From NCBI RefSeq assembly GCF_006345805.1, contig NC_043000.1, forward strand, positions 15,624,001 to 15,688,000: 64,000 nucleotides of DNA, written 5' to 3'. Source of the DNA: Octopus sinensis (Eukaryota). The notes beneath the pieces are model-generated. The model saw only the letters and a program-made list of their open reading frames with translations. It had not been told where the DNA came from and made no database searches. Both the position numbers and the translations under genes were made by a program. Below, in pieces: positions 40,900 to 54,356 of the stretch (position 1 is its first letter; each line of letters starts with the position of its first letter).

Positions 40900-41140
40900 T
40901 CTTATTTCTTTATTGCCCACAAGGGGATAAACATAGAAGGGACAAACAAAGACAGACAAAGGGATTAAGTCGAATACATTGACCCCAGTGCGTAACTGGT
41001 ACTTAATTTATCGACCCCGAAAGGATGAAAGGCAAAGTTGACCTCAGTGGAATTTGAACTCAGAACGTAATGGCAGGCGAAAGATGAAATACCAGTAAGC
41101 ATTTCGCCCGGTGTGCTAACGTATCTTCCAGCTCCCCGCC
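40900..41140 (-). mobile_element. SINE family C
   Basis: Full copy on the - strand. Confidence 0.8.
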
Positions 41141-43209
41141 TTCATTTCTGTTAATGATGGCAGTGTCTTGGGCCCACTTCAGCTGATCTGTAGAATTTAG
41201 ATATTTTATAGGAGGAGTGAGATGGTCAATTAAAGGGAATTGACATCTCTCACTTGCAATGGTTCCATATTTTGGCATTAATAACTAACTTTGCTTTTAA
41301 TCCTACTCCACCCCCATATAAAGGATGGCCTGAAGAGGAAATAATTGGCATTATTGCTAGGAATTTGTCCCAGATGAATCATAGCACTATTGTCTCATCA
41401 AGGACTATCAATGATGTATGTAACTGCTAGTAATAATAATTTCTAATGAATTACTGTAATCATTTCTAAAGTGTTAGTGATAATAATGACATTAATAATT
41501 ATAATCATAGGAGGATTGAAAGACAAAATTATTAAGTGTGGATAAGAGTAATAGGTGACCTGAGGAATGATTAAAGTGAATAAAAGAATAAGCAACTGAC
41601 TTGCCAACAAGACAATTCTATATATGCAACAAAACTGACCTAAACTAGATGGACAATCACACAATATCAATGTATAGTATAATATATACAACAAAACCAC
41701 CATAAATCAAGAAACTAAGAACTCCTAAATAAATTTGACCCAACAAGAACTAGAATTTCAATGAAGGACAATTTAGAACTATGACAACGCAAGCTACAAG
41801 AGGTTTACAGTCAAAAAGTATATCAAACATATACATCCATCATCAGCTGCCTAATGGATATCATTTTGGTTTCGACACCTGGGCAGTACCACTCTGGTGG
41901 TACCATTCAATCTGGTGGTATCAACTGCTTTAAAAACATAAATGTTGTCTGGAAATTAACCAAAAAGAAGCAGGAGCAAAACATTAGATCAACTCCTGTC
42001 CATTAGATCAACTCCTGTTTACTGTTACAAATGCAAACATCAAATATTGTCTGTTCCTGTAATTGTTGGGAATGGATAAATATTGAGTCGTTAGGACTGT
42101 TACCTAAAATGGATGAGTTTCCCCTCTTGGGAGATATTCATATTTCACTTGTTTATCAACATAAAACAAGAGCTAACCACACTGGAGATTTTAAAATTTG
42201 TTATATTTTCTCTGAATGCTATCAGGTTTTTGTCATTTGTCGGATGTAATTATCAAGTTTATGTCATTTCTGTTTGATAATCACAATATTGAGAATGACA
42301 TGAAATAAAATAGTTATCAAGGACATGGGCTGTGTAAATATGCTGATTATTGATAAAATAATTCCATTGGCATTGGAATGATTGAAGTGGTAGAAATAAT
42401 ATAGCAGCAGACTATACATATGCATTGCAGTTTTTAGTTATGTTCCTTTATCTTCTGAGTATAAATCCCATTGTAGTTGACTTTGTGTTTATCCTTTTGG
42501 TCCTTTTGGATTCAATAAAATAATGTACCAGTAATAATACTGAGCTTCATTTAATCATTTAAATCTCTCCCCTATAAGTCTGTAGACCGTGCAGTGTTCA
42601 GATTAGTCTATTCATAAAATATGGAACAGTACTGTGTTAAATTTATAGATTTATGTTTCTTTGTTGTTAGTTTTACCCCATGAGAAATGAAATTTTAGCA
42701 CTCACTTATATTAAGTGTTGATATTCTTCTTTATAAACTGGCTGTGTGGTTAAGAAGCTTATTTTTCAACCAAGTGATTTTGAGTTCAATCCCACTCTGC
42801 AAAAGCAAGTGCCTTCTACTCTAGCCCTGGGCCAACTATTGCCTTGTAGATGAATTTGGTACATGAAAATTGTGTGGAAGCCCATTGCATGTGTGTCTTC
42901 CACACCCCTTACTGCTTGACAGTGTTGGTTTGTTTTTGTCTCTGTAACTTTGTAGTTTGGCAAAATAGACCAATAGATTAGGTACCAAGCTTAAAACAAA
43001 TACTGGGGTTGATTTGTTTGACTAAACCCTTCAAGGCTGCGTCCCAGTACAGCTGCAGTCCAAAGACTGAAACAAGCTAAAGGGAATAGAAAAGATGAAA
43101 AAAGTTTGTATTATTTACATGAAGCTTTGATACTCATGTGGAGTCCTGATGTTCATTTAAATGGAGTTTTGAAATTAATTTACATGAAGTATGATGATGG
43201 TAACCTCAG

Positions 43210-43450
43210 TCAAACAAAGTATTAATACCAGTGTGGAGTGGGGACAAACACAGATGCAAAGACACATACACACACGTGCACATACATATACAGACACAGT
43301 GGGCTTCTTTCAGTATCCATCTACCAAATCCACTTACAAGACTTTGGCCAACCTGAGGCTTTAGTAGAAGACACTTGCCAAAGGTGCCACACATTAGGAC
43401 CGAACCTGGAATGATGTGGTTGGGAAGCAAGCTTCTTACCACAGCCACAC
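43210..43450 (-). mobile_element. SINE B 5' half
   Basis: Family B head region. Confidence 0.7.
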
Positions 43451-44421
43451 CTGATGAAATTTTGTATGAAGTCTCAGTTTTATGCCTTATCTAGAGAAAA
43501 CTGGTGACATGTTTTGTTTGAAAAATCATAGCTTAAGACCAGAGTATATCTGTTGGTCATTTTATGTTGTCACCAGAAAATTAGTGATTTTGATCAGAGT
43601 GGAATGGACTTAAATTTCAATTCTAGTAGAGCTGTTCTTTTGTTACACCTCCCTAATTTGGATATTTGGTAAAAATGATTTTATTTAATACTGAACTAGT
43701 AGCAAACAATCACACAATAATGAAATAGTAGTTAAAATTGATATTTAGTATTTTATCGGCTGTTATTTTGAAAATAAAATTAAGGAAGTAAAGTTGGAGA
43801 AATGTCTATACCTTGTGGCTTCTGTTCTAAGGATTTTGTTTTTATATTCAAATTCCATCCAAGCCAATTTATCTTTCCAGCTTTCTGGGTCTGATAATGT
43901 ACCACTGGTATGTTAACTTAAATCAGTCGACTATAATTATCCCCATATAAATAATTTTTGAGGAATTGGAAAAACATCCCAGGGATTTTGAAAGTAAAGT
44001 AAATATTTGTTATGGTGCTCTGTAGTCCGAGGTTTAAAATTCTGAGTTCAAATTCTATTTTAGTTTAAATTTATCTTTCCTTTGTAGTTGATCATAAATT
44101 AAGTAACTGTTGTAAGAAATATGCTCAAAGTTAGAATATAATAAAGTATAATGCTTTCATTTCCTACTGTAAAATACTATACTTACATTTGGTATTATGC
44201 ACCTTCTTCTTGTACTCCTATTTTAGAATTCACCAAACATATAGGCACAGGTGTGGCTGTGTGGTAAAAAGCTTGCTTCCAAACCACATGGTTCTGAGTT
44301 CAGTCCTACTGCATGGCACCTTGAGTAAATGTCTTTTATTATAGCTTTTGATTTGTCAAGACTTTATGAGTGGTTTTGGTCAACCACAACCTTGTGAGAT
44401 GGAAACAAAGGGACCTGTCTC

Positions 44422-44470
<49 letters not shown>

Positions 44471-44744
44471 AATTCAATTGAAAATTCTTCAAGGCTATGC
44501 CCCAGCATGGCTGCAGTCTAATGATTGAAACAAGTAAAAAAGAAGCAAAAAAAAAAGATAAAAACAAGTTCTAACATTTGAGTGGTAAAACCTTAGTTGA
44601 TTGAGAATATTCAAATTCTGGTCTTTCATATGTGGCACATTGGCAGTCATCAGTGCCTCAGACAGAATACTTTGTGATATTTGTTTTGTCTCTTTGTGTT
44701 CTGAATTCAAATCCTGCCATGGTCAACTTTACCTATCATCCTTC

Positions 44745-44975
44745 TTATTTCTTTATTGCCCACAAGGGGCTAAACATAGAGGGGACAAACGAGGACAGAC
44801 AAAGGGATTAAGTCGATTACATTGACCCCAGTGCGTAACTGGTACTTAATTTATCGACCTCAAAAGGATCAAAGGCAAAGTTGACCTTGATGGAATTTGA
44901 ACTCAGAACGTAGTGACAGATGAAATACCGCTAAGCATTTCACCCGGCGTGCTAACGTTTCTACCAGCTTGCCTA
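44745..44975 (-). mobile_element. SINE family C
   Basis: Full copy. Confidence 0.8.
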
Positions 44976-46732
44976 CCTATCATCCTTCTGGGATCATTAA
45001 AGTACCTATCAGTTACTACGGTTGATTCCCCCACCCCCACCCGTCTCTCAGAATTAGCTACATTATGAGAGAAGAGTAATGGGAGATTCCTCACAGTATC
45101 CCTTTTTTCTTAAATGGAGAAGGGAATAGCATGGGGCAAGCAACCTCTTCTGATAGAAAAACTAGTATGCTACTAGAACTGTCAAAGGACAGCCCAATGT
45201 GCTCTACACCATGGAATGGAATGGAAGAAACATTATAAACAAAAATCTTTCGTTATACTTTTGTTTCTTCCACTTGTATAAGACTTAAATCTTCCCAGCT
45301 TTAATGGCTGCAATTGTTTCATCATGAACATGCTTGTTATGTCTACATCTCTGCTTCTTATCATTTGCATTGTTTACTCTCCTACTTCATTCCAAGTACC
45401 ACCATGTTATGAATGGCATTACCTCTCGTCTTATGTATTTACACTAATCTCCAACTTTAATACTACACTGACAGCATCGTTTTTTGCTCACTTTTCTTCT
45501 CTTTTATTTTTATCTGGAAAGCCCCACATTTTATTGGCAATATACAAATGAAACTTTTGCTTTTAGATGTACAAAAGAGGAGAGCAACAACAACTTCCTC
45601 TGTCAACACATTGATTATTTTACTTTGAATAAAGAAGGATCTTCAACTGTATAGAAGATCTAAGAATTTCAGAGTGATTTAGTTATCTTGCTAAGTATTT
45701 TCTAATTCATTTGTCTTCTCTCATCTTTAATCATCTACTTAAACAAATTAATTTCAGGTTTAGATTAAACTGAAGTACATACTCTTAGTTATTGTAATAA
45801 ACAGTGAACTTACAATTGTAAAACAGAATTTGTTGATCGTGCTTCTCTCATTTTGTTTTGTTTTCGGACATTTTTACATTGTCTTATTCCATGTTAAGAT
45901 AGCTGCAACATCATGTTCTTTCTTTCAAATGTTTCCTCACATTAATTGCTTTTGGCGCAAGTATTGACGTAAACACTATTTCCCAGTAGCCAGTCTAAAT
46001 CATGCAGTGTTAAGAACTTTGCCCAAAGATATAATTTAGCAGTTGTCATCTGCAGTGTACAAACATAAGTTTACATATATTATATCATACCTTGAAACTG
46101 CGTGGACTGAGTGCTACCATTGACAGGCTTTTGATTTTAAACATTTATAGTATGCAAATTAATAGTAACAGTTCTCAAGAGCTAGTAGATTTGATATGTA
46201 TAGAAACAGATTTACTGCCTGTTTCTCTAAGATAGACACTTCTGATGAAACCCTAGCAAGGGTCGATAGTTGATTAAGGCTCTTCATTTTTTTGAACTTC
46301 AGAGATTTGTTTCTATTTCTGCTGTGTAGGTTTACATATTCATATACAGCAATGTCTAAATACCTATTTAGACATCGCCCATCTCCCTCGGTGAACATTA
46401 CTCTCTATCTCTAGACAAACTGAAATCTCTAGACAAATCCACATCTAAAACCTTGCAGTCTATAAGAAAAATATTTTCAACATTTTACAGAGATATTGCT
46501 TGAAGTCTTTTATTCCATCCAAGGAGGATCCCCTTCAGTCACGAATGACCATGGGATTGCACCTAGAAAGTTACCCTCCGAAGTACAAGTCTGGGCAAAG
46601 TTGTTTATAAAAGACCTGCAGTCACCCATGCATATCGGCCTCCCCTCTCCAAGCCACCGATGCTATCCAAGGGAAAGGCAAAGGCCGATACAGCTTGGCA
46701 CCAGTGGTGTCGCAACTCATTTCTACAAGTGA

Positions 46733-46962
46733 TGTGGTGGACAGTGTAAAACCTGGCTGATGACAGTCAAGGCTGATCTGGAACCCAACCTAGGCCCCCA
46801 TATCTACGGCATTCGCCGCTGGAATAAGGAGTGATTGGAGATCACGTGGTTGTTAGCCTCAAACCACCAGGTCTGGTCAGCGTTTGTGAGAGATGCGGCA
46901 TTGAGGATGAATGAAGCCAGCTCAACCCACCCTGGGTGAATGCTGTCTCAAGACAAGACAAG
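46733..46962 (+). pseudogene. RTE LINE 3' end (second lineage)
   Basis: GGQCKTWLMTVKADLEPNLGPHIYGIRRWNKE*LEITWLLASNHQVWSAFVRDA..STHPG*, then a (CAAGA)n tail. Confidence 0.8.
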
Positions 46963-46999
46963 AAGAAGCTGAGTTAACTGGAGCAACATGAAATAAAGT

Positions 47000-47368
47000 T
47001 AAGTTAATCTTTTGGCTCAAAAAGCAAAAAAAAAAAAGGCCATGTAGGGGGACATGGAGTTATGTACAAGGAGGGTGTTCATGCAAAGAGTTCAGGCCAT
47101 TTCTGGTCAAGAGAGACTTTGAACTGAGCGGTCGTCAGCATCTTCACTATTTCGTCCGGCAGCTTATTCCACGGATCCGCAACCTGGACGGAGAAAGCCC
47201 CTCTCCTTCGATTGAGATGAAATCGTCGCAGATAGAGCTTTTCGGAGTGACCCCGCAGCCAACGCTCTGGAGCAGGAGTGAAGAACAGCTCTTTCGAGAG
47301 TTTACACTTTCTGCTTATGATGTTGTGAGCAAGAATGAGATCACCACGGCGCCATCGTTTTTCTAGAG
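47000..47368 (-). pseudogene. CR1-clade LINE 3' end
   Basis: SLEKRWRRGDLI..LRGHSEKL..RRGAFSVQVADPWNKLP, the typical CR1 ORF2 end. 8-bp TSD aataaagt (46992-46999, 47369-47376). Confidence 0.85.
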
Positions 47369-48604
47369 AATAAAGTGTATTGCTCAAGAATACAACACAT
47401 AGCCCAGTCTGGGAATCAAACTCACAACCTCACAATCGTAAGCTCGACGCTCTAACCACTGAGCCATGTGCCATCCACTCACTGCTTTATTTACATTTCA
47501 GTTTAAAATTTATCTTTTCGTCTTGCAGCTATTAATCTTACCATAAACTCTACTTTCCTGTCATTGCTACCTCATCTTAGTTCTCCACCAAGCTCTGCCT
47601 TTTGTTAGCTGCTGTAATTACTTCAAGTGTTAATCACCAATACACTACATACAACACTAAATTAATTGAATGATCAACAACAAATTTTACTTTTATACGT
47701 ACTTTACTGCTTACCAGTCTGCCTGTCAGCCATAGGCTTTTCCACATAATTTTACTGTTATATGTTCGTTAGCTCTTCATTTTCTTTCCTTAATGTTATT
47801 ATTATTAATTTTTTGTGGTCTTGCATTCCATTTCATTATAGTGTGTATTTTTAGCATCCTCATTTTCTGTTGTTTTTTTTTCCTTGTTTTTAATGTCTAG
47901 CCTGATAGCAAAGTAATTTCTGTGTTAAATTTACTAAGCATATGCAACACGACATGGCACATAAAACGTAAACATAATGTCCTCTACTAACTCCAGCACT
48001 GACTGAAGCAAGAAATTCCATTTACTTCCTACTTCACTATTATTTTCCTTCCATTACCCACTCATGCTACGTAACACAGAATTACTGAAAATGCTCTTTC
48101 TTTTCTTTTTCTTCTTCTTTTTTTATATTCCCTTCAGAAATAACCTTTCTTCACTGAATCTAGTTTGTCCAGCTGTATCTGATTTATATAATTCCTTATG
48201 GTCTTCATTGTTCAGTTGAGCCTGCTCTACTTTTTAGGTACATATTACCTACCTAGTTGATTTTATGAGTTCTAAAATTATGCCTCATCTAACGAATATA
48301 CTGATCCATGTGTATTCAATCTGTTCTTTATAGTATAAAGTTGTATACTGGCTCTTATGTTCAGTCTATTCATTATATTATGTAATACATCCCAGTCTTT
48401 GTTATGTCATAAAGGTACCAATGAAAAGATCTTAATCCTGTAGCATATCTGGGTCAAGTTAACTTGTGCACCAAATTATATCCACCATTATATGTTATAT
48501 AAAGTTGAACAAAACAGTTCAAGGCAACAAAGCTCTCTCCAATGTTACACTGCTACCTCTGCTACAATGGTGAATTGTATCACTTTATAATACCTACTTA
48601 CAAC

Positions 48605-49005
48605 TAGTGAGATCGTTGCCAGAGCAACAAGCTGGCCTTCGTGCCAATGGCACATTAAGCACACCATTTGAGCGTGATCGTTACCGCGTCGCCTTACTAG
48701 CACTTGTGCTGGTGGCACATCAAACATTCGAGCAAGATTGTTGCCAGTGCCGCTGGACTGGCTCCTGTGCAGGTGGCACGTAAAAAACACCATTTGAGCA
48801 TGGCCATTGCCAGTACCGCCTGGCTGGCCCTCATGCCGGTGGCACGTAACAGCACCCACTACACTCTCGGAGTGACTGGCGTTAGGAAAGGCATCCAGCT
48901 GTAGAAACTCTGCCAGATCAGATTGGAGTCTGGTTCGCAAGACCTCAGTCAAATCGTCTAACCCATGCTAGCATGGAAAGCGGATGTTAAATGATGATGA
49001 TGATG
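48605..49005 (+). mobile_element. Family A RTE 3' UTR
   Basis: Subrepeats, conserved end, (GAT)n tail. Confidence 0.8.
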
Positions 49006-49271
49006 AACTACTTTGAGCGGGACATCAGTGTTTTATCCATTGACATATTGCACTGCCAATGGCTGAATACAAAATTGTCAACACTTTGGAGTATTGTTGA
49101 ATTCCTCTATCAGCTTATATATGTAGTGGATTATATCTGATGTCTCTTATATTACACATATCTTGGTCATGTTTGAACTTGATCTATTTCATGTATTACT
49201 TACTTAGTGGTTCATATGTAAGGTAATTTTGTCACTTGTATTATACATTCACTAGATCCTCTTTCAGGCCA

Positions 49272-49512
49272 GTCTATCTTATTTCTTTATTGACCACAAG
49301 GGGCTAAACTTAGAGGGGACAAACAAGGACAGACAAACGGATTAAATCAATTACATCGACCCCAGTACGTAACTGGCACTTATTTAATCGACCCCGAAAG
49401 GATAAAAGGCAAAGTCAACCTTGGCGGAATTTGAACTCAGAACGTAGCGGCAGACAAAATACCGCTAAGCATTTCGCCCGGCATGCTAAAGTTTCTGCCA
49501 GCTCGCCGCCTT
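49272..49512 (-). mobile_element. SINE family C
   Basis: Full copy. Confidence 0.8.
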
Positions 49513-49923
49513 CTATCTTTTACGTTGTTGAGGTAAAATGACTTAAGAGATAAGTAATGGACAGTTTTTCATAGGTTGTGAGTTCAAATTCACTAAAGAT
49601 GTTTTATTCATGCTTCTGGCCAGAATACTCTCTTCTACATTGTCTCAGCTCATTTAGATTTCAAGGGGAATGATTATCAGATCATTCACTTCAAATTCGT
49701 GGAACAATAAAATTTTTACATTTCTTTTTTATATTGATTTCAAATTTTGGCACATGGCCAGCAATTTTAGAGGAAGGGGCTTGTGAATTACATGAACCCT
49801 AGTATTCAACTGGTACCTATTTTATCAATTCTGAAAGGATGAAAGGCAAAGTCAGCCTCAGTGGAATTGAATCCAGAGCATAAAGACAGACGAAATGCTG
49901 CTAAGCATTTTGCTTGGCATACT

Positions 49924-50324
49924 CTTACTCTCTTACTTGTTTCAGTCATTTGACTGTGGTCATGCTGGAGCACTGCCTTTAGTCAAGCAAATCAACCCCA
50001 GGACTTATTCTTTGTAAGCCTAGTACTTATTCTATCGGTCTCTTTTGCCAAACCGCTAAGTTACGGGAACATAAACACACCATCACCAGTTGTCAAGCGA
50101 TGTTGGAAGGACAAACACAGACACACAAACATATGCACACACATATATATACATATATATGACATGCTTCTTTCAGTTTTCATCTACCAAATCCACTCAC
50201 AAGGCTTTGGTCGACCCGAGGCTATAGTAGAAGACACTTGCTCAAGGTGCCACGCAGTGGGATTGAACCCAGAACCATGTGGTTGGTAAACAAGCTATTT
50301 ACCACACAGCCGCTCCTACGCCTA
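49924..50324 (-). mobile_element. SINE B inserted into an older SINE C
   Basis: 9-bp TSD tggcatact (49915-49923, 50325-50333); SINE C sequence on both sides. Confidence 0.8.
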
Positions 50325-50910
50325 TGGCATACTAACGATTCTACCAGCTCACCCACTTTGTTTCTCTTTTTTTATTACGTGGTTACGAGATCAAATCTAA
50401 ATTTCATATATACTCAGTCATGTGTAATGTTTATACCTCTGCCAAGTCTATCTTTTATTAATACATCGCATCTCTCATTCTCTCATGCACACAAACAAAC
50501 AGAATATTTACTTCAGCTAATTTTTGTCCAGCAAGAAAATCTGATTGTTGCCAACAATGACTGTAGTCCCTACATCTCTTCAGTCACTGCCAATTCTCAA
50601 TCCCAAGTTTGTTCTAGTTCTAGTAACACTACTATTAGGTCATCCCAATAACAGGACCTACTTGCAAAGTTTTATCGTTAAGGCCTTGGTTGGCATTCAT
50701 TGACTGTTAGTTTACAGAAGTGTCACTGTATTTCATTTATAACCATTGATTGTGTTCCCTGTATAGTATCAAATTCTATCTTCAGTAAATTTTCCTATCA
50801 TTGATGATTTATGAAAGAGTTTTTACCTTAACTTTCATTGGCTGACAGAAATACTCTTTATAACATTTCTTAATTCTTGTCTCTTTTCCTCTTTTCATAA
50901 TAGTCATAAG

Positions 50911-50942
<32 letters not shown>

Positions 50943-51190
50943 TCATCATCATCGTTTAACGTCCACTTTCCATGCTAGCATGGGTTGGACGGTTTGACTG
51001 AGGACTGGCAAGCCAGACAGTTGCACCAGACTCCAATCTGATCTGGCAGAGTTTCTACAGTTGGATGCCCTTCCTAACACCAACCACTCCGAGAGTATAG
51101 TGGGTGCTTTTACATGCCACCAGCACGAGGGCCAGTCAGGCAGTACTGGCAACAGCCACGCTCAAATGGTGTTTTTTACATGCCACCTGG
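50943..51190 (-). mobile_element. Family A RTE 3' end
   Basis: (CAT)n and conserved end. Confidence 0.8.
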
Positions 51191-51206
51191 ATGTGTGTGT
51201 GTATAT

Positions 51207-51262
<56 letters not shown>

Positions 51263-52636
51263 CATATACATATGTAGTATGTATGTATTACTGAACTTTC
51301 TTGCGAGTCTTGTTTGTTTTTATTTTATATTTGCTGCCAGACTTATGAAAAAAAGATAAGTATTGGGGTCAGTCAGTTTAGCTAAAACCCTTCAAGGTGG
51401 TGCTCCAGCATGGCTGCAGTCCAATTACTAAAACAAATAAAAGTTAAAAGATTATTTAACAGCTCTAAATTAATTTTCAAAATGATATATCCTTTTCATC
51501 TTTTCTCATTAGAACATATAAGCTATCTACATATATTTCTTTTCGTGTAGAATCTAAAAAAATAACCATAGAAGTAAAATGGTTGAATGGATAAAGTAAT
51601 GGTCTAGTTACTGATAAATCACAAGATCTAACTTAGGGTAGGTGCTTCTGTATTCAAGGGTACACCCTGACATATCTTCACCTCCATTCTCTTTCTTTAC
51701 CAGCTGGTGTAACCATGCCCCCCCCCCTTACAGTATGACACCTATTCCTGTCTATTATACTTTAACCTCTCATCATCTGTCATAAAGCTACTTCCCTCAT
51801 TACTACTCCCTTGGTTGAGGGGTCTTGTCTTGTGAGTTACTTGGTGACATCACTAGTGCTGGTGCCATATAAAATGCACCCTGTACACTCTGTGAAGTGG
51901 ATTGTGTTAGAAAGAGCATCCAGCCCTAGAAACTATGCCAAAGCAGACATTGGAGTCTGGTGTAGTCTTGTGGCTGACCACTTCATTTTGAACTGTCCAA
52001 CCCATGGAAAATGGACATTAAATGATAATGATGATTTATCTTACATTACCTCATTTCACCTTGTTACCAGGAATAGGTCATAGATCATTAAGGAAGGTTA
52101 CCTATGAAAGACTAGCATCCTCTCTATGGGAAGATATGTCTCCATTGTTTCATATCCTGTAACTATAGTTAAGCACTGGCTTTTAAAAGCCCCCTAGGGA
52201 TTAAGAAGCAACTTTATTTTGTTTTATATTATTAATTTCTTTCCCCTGTGAATAAAGCTATGCAATCCCATCATCAAGATCTCAAAGGTACAAGGTAATG
52301 CATGATTAATTCAAAACAATGTGAATAAATAAGCATTACACTTGACAGATTATCTAATTTCTAATGGGTTAAGGAGTGGATATAGATCAATTGAATTTAT
52401 CTTTATACATTACTGGTACTTTTCCAATTTGCTGTATCTCTGCAGCTTCTAATTCCACAGATCCACTTCCCACCAAATAGTTTGTTCTTCTCTAATGTTT
52501 AATGCAGACATCAACTTACAGAAGTTCAAACTGAACCTCATCAGTTGAGGTAGAGAGTTGCGAAGGTCATTGCCGGTGTATCTCTTTCTGGGACTAAATA
52601 ATAATAAAAAAACAAGCGAAAAAAAAATACCTTTAT

Positions 52637-53170
52637 TATGAGGGTGAGTCAAAAAGTAATGCCATTTTTTTAGGACAGGTATAATTACCAACACAGGAAC
52701 ATGTATCATACATCAAAATGAAGCTGGTCCTCTGTGGATCACATCCCTACTTCTCAACATAGTCACCGTCTCTCTCAATAACAATGTCCCACCTTCAAAT
52801 GAGAGCATGTATCCCTGCCCCATAAAATTCTGTTGACTGTTCTTTGAGTCACTTCTTCACTACAGTTTTCACTTCCTCATCACTGGAATAATGTTTTGCC
52901 TCTCAAATCCTCTTTCATGGGGCCGAAGAGATGATAGTCCAGTGACGAGGAAGTGAAAACTGTAGTGAAGAAGTGGCTCAAAGAACAGTCAACAGAATTT
53001 TACAGAGCAGGGATACATGCTCTCATTTGAAGGTAGAACATTGCTATGCTGAGAAGTAGGGATGTGATCCACAGAGGACCAGCTTCATTTTGATGTATGA
53101 TACATGTTCCTGTGTTGGTAATTATACCTGTCCTAAACAAAATGGCATTACTTTTTGACTCACACTCGTA
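52637..53170. mobile_element. Palindromic mariner-derived element made of two transposase 3' ends
   Basis: TA-flanked termini ..gagggtgagtcaaaaagtaatgcca / tggcattactttttgactcacactcg. Left arm (-) reads DYHLFGPMKEDLRG..SSDEEVKTVVKK..RDGDYVEK*; right arm (+) reads SDEEVKTVVKKWLKEQSTEFYRAGIHALI. Confidence 0.85.
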
Positions 53171-53457
53171 ACACTGGCATGACATAAAAAGGTATAGCTG
53201 ACTCTAGGGAGATTTGAACTTAGAAAGTAGAGAGACAAAACTAAATATTGCAAAGCAAGTCTGTGTTTATAAGTCCCCTGTTGTTATGAAGGCCAACAAA
53301 TTTGATTCTTTTCTTCTATTTCTAATTTGAGACTGCATAGCCTGATTTGCATCTTCCCACTTTTATCAGAAACATGTAAGACAAATCTCCTTGAAAATTT
53401 AATTTCAGATATTCATGTCATAATTCTATTTTAAATCTATTTACTTATTTATTACTA

Positions 53458-53559
<102 letters not shown>

Positions 53560-54059
53560 TCATTTCTCTCAAAAGCCATTACTAGTTTTTCTAGTTGACT
53601 AGCTTGTTTCTGAATCTTGTATATTTCTAGCTTGCTCTACAACAATTTCTATTTGAATAAGAAGTTGAGATTTATTTTAATAATACAAGTTTTAAGATCT
53701 GAAACTCCCAGATGTGTCATTGTTTTAGCTAATATCCTGTATTTCTGTGATTATGATAATTCTACAGTAATATAACTGGTGAGAGAAGGCTTTGATCTGG
53801 TTTGGATTTCCTTTTGAAATTTCCTTTATTTACTCACTGATGGTCTTGAGAAGACAATGAATAATCACAATGTTTCATTTGTCGTTTACTTTCCCTCGAA
53901 AATTTTAAATATCGTGTTTTGTGAAAAAAATCCTTATTCAGTGTTTCTTGAACAATGATAATATTTTTTTAACTCCATTTCAACACTGGGCAAACAGACT
54001 TGTGGTGAGCAAAGATGGTCCAGCTGTGACTGTTCTGTCTTTTTATTGGATATAGCGTA

Positions 54060-54272
54060 TACAAAGGTATGCTGAAAAATTCCTGGCTTTGGATAAAAGA
54101 AAATACAGGATGATCAGTTAATTATGATTTTATTCAACATATTCCCCACTCAGATTCACACACTTATTGCAGCGGTCCTTTAGTGTTTCTGAGCCATGTA
54201 AAATAAATTGGAAGGTTGAGCCTCCAACCAGGCCTTTCACAATACCCTTAAAGCCAAGAACTTTTCAGCACT
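54060..54272. mobile_element. mariner-type MITE (same family as 16337-16553)
   Basis: gctgaaaaattcctggcttt ... aaagccaagaacttttcagca. Confidence 0.7.
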
Positions 54273-54314
54273 GTTTATAGGACTCTCCTTTTTTTCTCTC
54301 CTTGTTTTTTCTGT

Positions 54315-54356
54315 GTCCCTTTCTGTAGAAGAGCGTAGGCTCGAAATGTAAAAGAC
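54315..54356 (+). ncRNA. Hammerhead-like variant motif in a ~165-nt element
   Basis: cttt|CTGTAGAA|GAGC-gtag-GCTC|GAAA t GTA|aaag. Stems I and II pair, but the core deviates from CUGANGA. Confidence 0.4.

Larger units (their letters stand above)
46490..47475 (-). mobile_element. tRNA-headed SINE split by two LINE insertions
   Basis: Head at 47385-47472 (ggcacatggctcagtggttagagcg). The body resumes at 46965-46999 and 46490-46730. Confidence 0.7.

Noticed and set aside
45567-45630. Possible cyclic-nucleotide-binding-like exon (VQKRRATTTSSVNT)
   Set aside because: In-frame stop and no usable donor.
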